A DNA stretch of 64,000 nt. It comes from an uncultured Candidatus Saccharibacteria bacterium (GTDB lineage: Bacteria; Patescibacteriota; Saccharimonadia; Saccharimonadales; JACQNP01). A model generated the notes under the pieces. That model was not told where the DNA came from. It was given only the letters and a program-made list of their open reading frames with translations, and searched no databases. Positions within the stretch are counted from its first letter, which is position 1. The number at the start of each line of letters is the position of its first letter. The stretch lies in contig CAZSZC010000001.1 in the NCBI GenBank assembly GCA_964610775.1, forward strand, positions 60,017-124,016, given 5' to 3'. This document shows positions 53,010-59,911 of the stretch, piece by piece. The position numbers and the translations under genes were made by a program.

Positions 53010-53557
53010 TGCGTCCTATAAAAATAAAAGGGAACTACGCATTTATTGATAGTCAAAATCTAAATCTTGGCGTCCAAAAAGCTGGATGGAAACTCGATTG
53101 GAAAAAATTCCGAGAGTACTTGCGTAGCAAATATGACGTTAAGACAGCGTATTTATTTATCGGTTATTTACAAGAAAATGAGGCTATGTACGAACAGCTT
53201 CACGAAGCTGGTTATTTGATAGTTTTGAAGCCAACAGTAGAGATGGTTATGAATAAAACTGATGATCCAAAGGTTGATAAACCGATAGTAAAGGGCAATA
53301 TTGACGCCGAGCTAGTGCTTTATGCAATGAAGGAGATGGCTAATTATAAGAAAGCTGTTATCGTTTCTGGTGACGGTGATTTCTATTGTTTGGCCGAGTA
53401 CTTGGCAAGTAAAAAAAGACTTCTAAAAATTATGACGCCTAATTGGATGTATTCATCTCTACTAAAACCATACGAAGAATATGTTGTACGAATAGATAAA
53501 TTACGTACCGAACTGGAACATAAAAGTTATCGTCGAAAACCAAAAAATACTAAGTAG
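53009..53557 (+). CDS. NYN-domain (LabA-like) putative RNase
   Basis: AFIDSQNL.... and ..VSGDGDF..L.. acidic motifs of NYN/PIN-like nucleases. TAATG overlap with the upstream gene. Confidence 0.7.
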   Translation: MRPIKIKGNYAFIDSQNLNLGVQKAGWKLDWKKFREYLRSKYDVKTAYLFIGYLQENEAMYEQLHEAGYLIVLKPTVEMVMNKTDDPKVDKPIVKGNIDAELVLYAMKEMANYKKAVIVSGDGDFYCLAEYLASKKRLLKIMTPNWMYSSLLKPYEEYVVRIDKLRTELEHKSYRRKPKNTK

Positions 53558-53571
53558 CACAAGGGGGCAGT

Positions 53572-54306
53572 ATGGCAAAAAATGACAAAGATTTCGATTA
53601 TCAAAATCTTAAAGCCTTATTTATTAATTGCACTCTAACTAAATCTCCAGAACCTAGTCACACCGAGTTATTAATAAACATTAGTAAAAGTATTATGGAA
53701 AAACAGGGTTTAGATACTGATTATATCCGAGCAATTGATTTCGATATCGCCACTGGCATATATCCGGATATGACTGAGCACGGCTGGGATGCCGATAGTT
53801 GGCCAGCTATATATAAGAAGGTTCAGTCTGCAGATATTTTAGTTTTAGGAGGCCCGATTTGGCTTGGCGATAACAGCTCTGTGATGAAAAAAGTAATCGA
53901 AAGATTATATGCAAACTCGCACCTACTTAACGAGCAGGGCCAATATTCGTACTATGGTAAAGTCGGAGGCTGCTTGATTACAGGTAATGAAGATGGCGTA
54001 AAACATTGCGCGATGAATGTACTTTACAGTCTGCAGCACTTGGGATACACGATTCCTCCACAAGCAGATGCTGGCTGGATAGGTGAGGCAGGTCCAGGAC
54101 CGAGTTATGGAGATAAGTTAGATGATGGTAGCATTGCGGGTCTAGACAATGACTTCACTAATCGGAACACAACGTTTATGACATGGAATCTAATGCACAT
54201 GGCTAATATGTTAAAGGTTACTGGCGGTATACCCGCATATGGTAATCAGCGTAGCGATTGGGATGCTGGTTGTCGATATGATTTTGAAAATCCAGAATAT
54301 CGCTAG
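53572..54306 (+). CDS. Flavodoxin-like fold NAD(P)H-dependent FMN reductase family protein
   Basis: FINCTLTKSPEPSHT (phosphate-binding loop-like), ADILVLGGPIW and GNEDG, with typical length. SD AAGGGGG. Confidence 0.6.
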   Translation: MAKNDKDFDYQNLKALFINCTLTKSPEPSHTELLINISKSIMEKQGLDTDYIRAIDFDIATGIYPDMTEHGWDADSWPAIYKKVQSADILVLGGPIWLGDNSSVMKKVIERLYANSHLLNEQGQYSYYGKVGGCLITGNEDGVKHCAMNVLYSLQHLGYTIPPQADAGWIGEAGPGPSYGDKLDDGSIAGLDNDFTNRNTTFMTWNLMHMANMLKVTGGIPAYGNQRSDWDAGCRYDFENPEYR

Positions 54307-55475
54307 GATGCTGATCGTCTAGTTAAACTACTTACTTGAATTGCTAGTTTACCGGCTATGAATGCTGATAAGGCAATCGGTATGTATAAATTTACAGGGA
54401 AGAATAGGAATAATAAAACTGCAGCAACGATTGGCTTTCTTAGTACATAGGATAGAGTAGCACTCATGCCTACACTTAGTGCTAGTGTCTCGGGGATTGG
54501 TAATAGCTGGGCCAAAAATAAACCAATTGCTGCGCCGGCAAACATTAGAGGGAAAAACCTACCGCCTTTCCAGCCGGTAGCTAGACAAATACATGCGGCA
54601 AGCACTTTGAGTAAAGAGGCGATTAAAAAATAGCTGGCCGATTGTGATGAAAAGCTAGTGCTTATAGTTCTAATTCCCTCGTGACCAGAAAAAAGAACCA
54701 GTGGTTGGTATGCGGCGAGTATGCCCAAGCCCACGCCGCCAATTAGGGCCAAAATAATCGTTCTTTTTGTTCGCAAATTCTTGAACGCATTTTCCATGAA
54801 ACCGTCAACAAGAGTGTATATTAGGCCGACTATGGCTCCAGTAATCGCTACTATTAATACCCAGCCAAGGTCAGAAACTTTTAAACTATAGGGAGCTAAA
54901 TCCAGATTAAAGTATCCATTGTCTCCAAATGGCCGAACTATTAAATATCCAGTTAATGTTGCAACAAGACCCAGAATTATTCTTTTAGGTCTGTTTAATT
55001 TTTTATCAATCTCGGCTCCGTAACGAATTATCTCGGCGTTGTGTAGATTTACGCCTATCATGGTTACAAAGCCTCCAATAATACTGGTCAGAGCGGCTTC
55101 TGGTCCAAGTGCTGCGCCAAAACCTAATGATATTATTGATATTACTAAAGCCTGCCATATATGTTTATAGTCGAATGCCTTGGTAGCTTTATATTTTTCG
55201 ATTGCTTCTTCTATAGTCACAGGATAGTTACCTAGAAAATATACGCTCACACCAACAAGCAGCCCGCCAACTCCACATATAGCCACAGGAAAAAAGTTAT
55301 GACTGGTATTGATACCTAATTGGTTGGGCAAGTTTGTCCAGAGAAACTTCTGTACTAGCTGAAAAAGCAGAATGAAAAGAACTGTGATACTACCAGCAAA
55401 TATACCGAGTAGGGCACTATAAATTAGTAAGCTTAAATAGCTGAAGCTACTTTTACTTCCGAAAGACTTATTCAT
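54303..55475 (-). CDS. ClC-family chloride channel / H+-Cl- antiporter homolog
   Basis: GFGAALGPEAAL (G.EGP-type selectivity motif variant), GGRFFPLMFAGA (G.F.P), and about 10 TMs. ATG 55475 is preferred over the track TTG 55493. Confidence 0.8.
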   Translation of the reverse strand: MNKSFGSKSSFSYLSLLIYSALLGIFAGSITVLFILLFQLVQKFLWTNLPNQLGINTSHNFFPVAICGVGGLLVGVSVYFLGNYPVTIEEAIEKYKATKAFDYKHIWQALVISIISLGFGAALGPEAALTSIIGGFVTMIGVNLHNAEIIRYGAEIDKKLNRPKRIILGLVATLTGYLIVRPFGDNGYFNLDLAPYSLKVSDLGWVLIVAITGAIVGLIYTLVDGFMENAFKNLRTKRTIILALIGGVGLGILAAYQPLVLFSGHEGIRTISTSFSSQSASYFLIASLLKVLAACICLATGWKGGRFFPLMFAGAAIGLFLAQLLPIPETLALSVGMSATLSYVLRKPIVAAVLLFLFFPVNLYIPIALSAFIAGKLAIQVSSLTRRSAS

Positions 55476-55481
55476 GAGTGT

Positions 55482-55489
55482 AGTATAAT
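55482..55489. promoter_or_regulatory. Shared bidirectional -10 element (AGTATAAT / ATTATACT)
   Basis: The plus-strand TATAAT (55484-55489) lies 6 nt before GTG 55496. The minus-strand TATACT (55487-55482) lies 6 nt before ATG 55475. Confidence 0.5.
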
Positions 55490-55495
55490 GCAAAC

Positions 55496-55804
55496 GTGAA
55501 TCAGCAGCTAGAAGAGCAATCTAATATTTTTAATCTTATTAAGCCTCGACGAATTGCTGTAGTGGCTATAGCCGTACTTGCCGTAGGTGCCGTTTTTTAT
55601 CATTTAGTTGAAAAACTTAGTTGGCTGGATAGTTTTTATTTTTGCGTAGTTACTTTAACTACGGTTGGTTATGGTGACATAACTCCCAAAACCCCTGCTG
55701 CCAAATTATTTACCATATTCTACATTCTATTTGGCGTAGCAATCATGGCAGCCTCATTGAGCTACTTACTAAAAGCAGCGGTCGTTAAGCGTGTCAAAAA
55801 ATAA
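55496..55804 (+). CDS. Minimal two-TM potassium channel (KcsA-like pore only)
   Basis: Selectivity filter TLTTVGYGDITP flanked by two TMs. 102 aa. GTG start. Confidence 0.8.
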   Translation: MNQQLEEQSNIFNLIKPRRIAVVAIAVLAVGAVFYHLVEKLSWLDSFYFCVVTLTTVGYGDITPKTPAAKLFTIFYILFGVAIMAASLSYLLKAAVVKRVKK

Positions 55805-55823
55805 GCTACAATTCATATAAACT

Positions 55824-57086
55824 ATGAACGAAAACAGTGACAGTAAAGTATTCCCTAAGAATTTTTTCTGGGGTGCAAGCACGGCATCGCATCAAGTCGA
55901 GGGGGGGACGGTAAATCAATGGAGCGAGTGGGAGCTTGAGCATGCTAAGGAATTAGCACAAACAGCTCATCAGCGTTTGTCGTGGCTACCTAACTGGCAT
56001 GAAGTAAAAGTACATGCCGAAAAACCAGAAAATTATATTTCTGGTCGTGGAGTCGATCACTACAACCGTTATGAGGAAGATTTCGACATAGCACAATCAC
56101 TAAACATGAACGCATTTCGGTTTGGTATTGAGTGGTCACGCATTCAGCCAGCCCAAGGTGAATGGGATGAGGACGAGGTCATATATTATAAGAAATATAT
56201 TTCACAGTTACGTAGTAGGGGTATCGAACCATTTTTAAATATTTGGCACTGGACTATGCCCAAGTGGTTTACCGATCTAGGTGGTTTTGAAAAGAAGACA
56301 AATCTAAAGTATTTTGATGATTTTGTTAGAAAGGTGGCTGTCGAGTTCACGGAAGACGTGACTTATGTAATCACTCTAAACGAGCCGAATGTTTATGCCA
56401 GTTTTAGCTATGCAACAGGAGAGTGGCCGCCGCAAAAAAAGGATTGGATAAAGACATTTTTGGTTTACCTGAATCTCGTGCGCGCTCATAAACGAGCTTA
56501 TAAAATACTCAAAAAGAAAAAGCCATCGCTTCAGATAGGTGTGGCTGCACAGCTTGCTAATATTCAAGCAAAACGACCTCATAGTTACATTGATAGCGCC
56601 TCAACTAAGTGGATGCGTTATTTTTGGAACTGGTGGTTTTTGAAAAGAATTCGCAATCAACAGGATTTTGTTGGATTTAATTATTACTTCACCGACTACT
56701 ATACTGGCTTTGCGCGTCGAGAAAATCCGAGAGTGCCATTGAATGATCTTGGTTGGTATATGGAGCCTGAGGGATTGTATCCACTCTTGGTTCGCTTGTG
56801 GGCACGATTCAAGAAACCAATTTTTGTGACTGAGAATGGGTTGGCTGATTCCAAGGACGAGTATAGACACTGGTGGATAGAGGAGACTATTGTTGCTATG
56901 GAGCGAGCTATCAGTGAAGGTGTAGATTTGAGAGGCTATTTCCATTGGAGTCTGTTAGATAATTTTGAATGGAAATACGGCTGGTGGCCAAAGTTTGGGC
57001 TAGTCGAGGTAGATCGCGAACATGGCATGAAACGGACCATTCGCCCAAGTGCAAAGTGGTTTGCCAAGAAGATAGAAAAACTATAA
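55824..57086 (+). CDS. Glycoside hydrolase family 1 beta-glucosidase
   Basis: FPKNFFWGASTASHQVEG, RFGIEWSRIQP, TLNEPN (acid/base Glu), VTENG (nucleophile Glu), and HWSLLDNFEW. Confidence 0.9.
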   Translation: MNENSDSKVFPKNFFWGASTASHQVEGGTVNQWSEWELEHAKELAQTAHQRLSWLPNWHEVKVHAEKPENYISGRGVDHYNRYEEDFDIAQSLNMNAFRFGIEWSRIQPAQGEWDEDEVIYYKKYISQLRSRGIEPFLNIWHWTMPKWFTDLGGFEKKTNLKYFDDFVRKVAVEFTEDVTYVITLNEPNVYASFSYATGEWPPQKKDWIKTFLVYLNLVRAHKRAYKILKKKKPSLQIGVAAQLANIQAKRPHSYIDSASTKWMRYFWNWWFLKRIRNQQDFVGFNYYFTDYYTGFARRENPRVPLNDLGWYMEPEGLYPLLVRLWARFKKPIFVTENGLADSKDEYRHWWIEETIVAMERAISEGVDLRGYFHWSLLDNFEWKYGWWPKFGLVEVDREHGMKRTIRPSAKWFAKKIEKL

Positions 57087-57097
57087 TTCATCTATAG

Positions 57098-57126
57098 TTG
57101 ACAAAAGCGCTAATGTTTAGTATAAT
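57098..57126 (+). promoter_or_regulatory. Perfect consensus sigma-70 promoter
   Basis: TTGACA (57098-57103), a 17-nt spacer, then TATAAT (57121-57126). The ATG of the LysM gene is only 8 nt further on (57135). Confidence 0.65.
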
Positions 57127-57134
57127 CATTAGCC

Positions 57135-57596
57135 ATGAGTCCAATAAAAAAATACAATATCAGAAATAATAAACCCAAATCTCACGCTAGTGATTCCGAG
57201 ATAGATGGCTGGATAAAGCCTAATGCTGTATCTGAACGCAAAAAAAATGCTTTGGTTAAGCTTGGAGTAGTGGGCGTGTCAGCGCTTGCACTACTGGGAG
57301 TTGCTAAGAATTCTACTAATAATTCAAGTTCTGATAAAGTTAATGAACCGAGCGTAGAGTACACAGTAAGACCTGGTGATACGGACTGGGATATTGCAGA
57401 ACGATATGCTGACCCAAATTCTGAAATTCGTGATGATGTCGATAATTTAGCTGACCAGCACAAAGGTATGCCACTGCAAATCGGGCAGACATTACTCTTG
57501 ACAGGTGATTTAGCCGAAAACTACAAACAAATTCATGAGGCAGAAGCAATTGCTACTGAACATGATCAGCAAACCAAAACTCAGCATAATTCATAG
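57135..57596 (+). CDS. Membrane-anchored LysM-domain protein
   Basis: The TM LVKLGVVGVSALALLGVA, then YTVRPGDTDWDIAERY...L.IGQ.L.L (LysM). Confidence 0.7.
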   Translation: MSPIKKYNIRNNKPKSHASDSEIDGWIKPNAVSERKKNALVKLGVVGVSALALLGVAKNSTNNSSSDKVNEPSVEYTVRPGDTDWDIAERYADPNSEIRDDVDNLADQHKGMPLQIGQTLLLTGDLAENYKQIHEAEAIATEHDQQTKTQHNS

Positions 57597-57670
57597 TAGC
57601 GTTTTTAGTAAAATGATAGCCGCTATATATAGCGGCTGGTGACTATAATTGTATAAACTGTGGATAACTT

Positions 57671-57692
57671 AGCTGCGAAAGCAGCTGTTTTT
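57671..57692 (+). terminator. Rho-independent terminator
   Basis: AGCTGC, a GAAA tetraloop, GCAGCT, then GTTTTT. Confidence 0.6.
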
Positions 57693-57703
57693 ATATATTT
57701 ATG

Positions 57704-57759
57704 CTTGCATGTGGGTAAGTGTGGGTAGTATATTCATGGCAGTGGGTAAACGTGGGTAG
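57704..57759 (+). promoter_or_regulatory. dcw-operon promoter with four GTGGGTA direct repeats (putative MraZ operators)
   Basis: TTGCAT at 57704-57709 and TAGTAT/TATATT around 57726-57734. GTGGGTA occurs at 57711, 57721, 57743 and 57753, i.e. two pairs with 10-nt phasing. Confidence 0.6.
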
Positions 57760-57815
57760 ACCAAAATAGTCTCACCACCAAAAAACAAAAACCACTAGCA
57801 GCTTAATTAAAAACT

Positions 57816-58175
57816 ATGGCCACGGTAGATTATTTCGAAAGGAAGCTTGACGATAAGCGGAGGTTAACCATACCTACCGAACTTAGAGATGAGTTTTCTA
57901 GCGGAGTAGTTATTACCCAAGGGTTTCAGAAGTATTTGCATCTGTACCCTAAATCTGTTTGGGAAGAACAGATGGAATCGCAGTTACAAGGTAATATCCT
58001 TGATGAGCGTACTGCGGACCTGAATGTAAAATTCCGAATGGGCAAGGTCGAGAGCGTGCTGGACGAAAAACAAGGGCGAATCGTTATAGAGCAGCATTTA
58101 CTCGATTACGCGGGCATTACTCGTGGCATTGTGGCAGTCAGAGCAGGGCGATATTGGCGTCTGATGGCTTCATAG
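57816..58175 (+). CDS. mraZ: Transcriptional regulator MraZ (short, 119 aa)
   Basis: Two D..(K/Q)(R/G)R...P-type SpoVT/AbrB-like repeats (LDDKRRLTIP; LDEKQGRIVI), and first position in the dcw cluster. Confidence 0.85.
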   Translation: MATVDYFERKLDDKRRLTIPTELRDEFSSGVVITQGFQKYLHLYPKSVWEEQMESQLQGNILDERTADLNVKFRMGKVESVLDEKQGRIVIEQHLLDYAGITRGIVAVRAGRYWRLMAS

Positions 58176-58487
58176 AGCTGGTGATCATTAACAATTCGGG
58201 CAAAATAGCAAAACACAACGACTCGAGGTTAGCTATTCGGCAGTCAACAAGTGGACGAAGGCACCACTTTAAAAACCTTTGTACCTTACACTAAACACCT
58301 CCCAAAACTCCACCTCACACATAAGTCTCTCAAAACTTACATGAACCAGAACGGAGTTTGTAAGATTTTCTAAAATCTTAAACTTATACACTCCGATACG
58401 TTCCAGTTCGTGAAACAAAAAACAAAAACTACAAAAAAACAAAAAGTTGACTGCTGAATAGGTGACCTTGCAAAAACAAAAACAAGC

Positions 58488-59429
58488 ATGAAAAATACAA
58501 ACAAAAATCACCAAAATGAACATTTTCCAGTCTTACTTGAAGCTACGCTTAAGTGCCTAAACCCTCAAAAAGGAGATAGTTATCTTGATTTGACGGCAGG
58601 GTATGGAGGCCACGCTAAAGCAATTCTGGAACGCACCTTAAATCCGGCGAAAGCCACACTCGTCGATCGCGATCATAACGCAATTGATTACCTAAAAACA
58701 TTGTTTACGCAAAGCGAAACTATAATTCAAAACGATTTTTATAACGCGGCGTTAGACATTCAAAAAAGTGGTAAACAATTTGACATAATTTTGGCAGATT
58801 TGGGCGTATCGTCACCGCACCTTAACATAGCGAGTCGTGGGTTTAGTATTCGATTCGATGGACCACTTGATATGCGCATGGATCAGTCACAGGAATTAAG
58901 TGCAGATATAGTAATTAATACTTATTCTGAGCAAGATTTAACTGAGATGATTCGGCTATATGGTGAAGATCCTAAGGCTAGTAAAATAGCTAGATTGATC
59001 GTAGATAATCGACCGATACACACAACCACAGAACTTGCTAATGTTGTTGCCCAAGCTTGGCCGGGTCACAGCAAGGTTCACCCAGCGACAAGGACCTTCC
59101 AGGCAATCCGAATCGAGGTAAATCATGAGCTGGAGTTACTCCAAAATGCTTTACCAATTTGGTTAGACTTGCTGGCCCCGGGTGGGCGAATAGCGATTAT
59201 TAGCTTTCACAGTCTTGAAGATAGATGTGTGAAAAGGTTCCTCAACGAACACTCTGGTAATCGCTACGACGCCATCCTGGAGCTGCTAACAAAGCAGCCA
59301 GTAGTAGGCGACAGCAATGAGATAGCTTTTAATCCGCGAGCACGTAGCGCAAAGCTACGAGCCGCCGTAAAAATAAAAACAAAAAGAAAGGAAGGGCATA
59401 ATGCCTATCCAGGTAAAAAGTCTCTCTAG
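58488..59429 (+). CDS. rsmH: 16S rRNA (cytosine1402-N4)-methyltransferase
   Basis: H.PVLL.E....L.......Y.D.T.G.GGH...IL, DLGVSS..L, RGFS...DGPLDMRM, ISFHSLEDR.VK and NPRARSAKLR. Confidence 0.9.
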   Translation: MKNTNKNHQNEHFPVLLEATLKCLNPQKGDSYLDLTAGYGGHAKAILERTLNPAKATLVDRDHNAIDYLKTLFTQSETIIQNDFYNAALDIQKSGKQFDIILADLGVSSPHLNIASRGFSIRFDGPLDMRMDQSQELSADIVINTYSEQDLTEMIRLYGEDPKASKIARLIVDNRPIHTTTELANVVAQAWPGHSKVHPATRTFQAIRIEVNHELELLQNALPIWLDLLAPGGRIAIISFHSLEDRCVKRFLNEHSGNRYDAILELLTKQPVVGDSNEIAFNPRARSAKLRAAVKIKTKRKEGHNAYPGKKSL

Positions 59430-59480
59430 AGCATACAAAGTAAAGGTTAGAGTTATCTAAACTTTGTTGCACCGTAGCTT

Positions 59481-59512
59481 TGGCTACTGATTCTGTCCCA
59501 AATCAGTAGCCA
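59481..59512 (+). other. Perfect 12-bp hairpin between rsmH and ftsL
   Basis: TGGCTACTGATT, loop ctgtccca, AATCAGTAGCCA. No U-tract follows. Confidence 0.5.
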
Positions 59513-59545
59513 GACTACAGCAATATAAAAATAAAAACAAAAAAT

Positions 59546-59893
59546 ATGACATATTCAAATTCATTATCAGTTAGCCGACAGAGATTTTCAGTTAACAATC
59601 AGAATACAACTGCGTTCCGTCAAAAGGAACGAACCATTGGACCTGTGACCAATACGATTATCCTAATCGTCTTAGCCTGTCTGATAGGACTTCTGTATTT
59701 AACGCAAGTTACCAAAACCAATTCTTACAGCTATAAGCTTAACGATCTGCGTCACGAGCAAACTAGGTTGAGTAGTGAAAAAGATCAGCTTGAAGTTGAT
59801 TCTGCTAGATTACAGGCTCTAGAACGCGTCAAGGATAGCGAAGTAGCAAAAGGCTTAGTATCGGTCGCTCCCTCAGCTTCAATTCAGAACTAA
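59546..59893 (+). CDS. ftsL: Cell-division protein FtsL-like (bitopic, coiled coil)
   Basis: Its position between rsmH and ftsI, a single TM (IILIVLACLIGLLYL), and a coiled coil (L..E...L..E.D.L....). The call is based on context and architecture. Confidence 0.55.
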   Translation: MTYSNSLSVSRQRFSVNNQNTTAFRQKERTIGPVTNTIILIVLACLIGLLYLTQVTKTNSYSYKLNDLRHEQTRLSSEKDQLEVDSARLQALERVKDSEVAKGLVSVAPSASIQN

Positions 59894-59911
59894 GGTATAG
59901 TCTATAGTGCC

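Noticed and set aside
58269-58523. An 84-aa minus-strand ORF in the mraZ-rsmH spacer.
   Set aside because: Its translation is Phe/Cys/Leu-rich nonsense that mirrors the A/C-rich plus strand. It overlaps the rsmH start and has no SD or promoter. The spacer is reported as a non-coding oddity instead.
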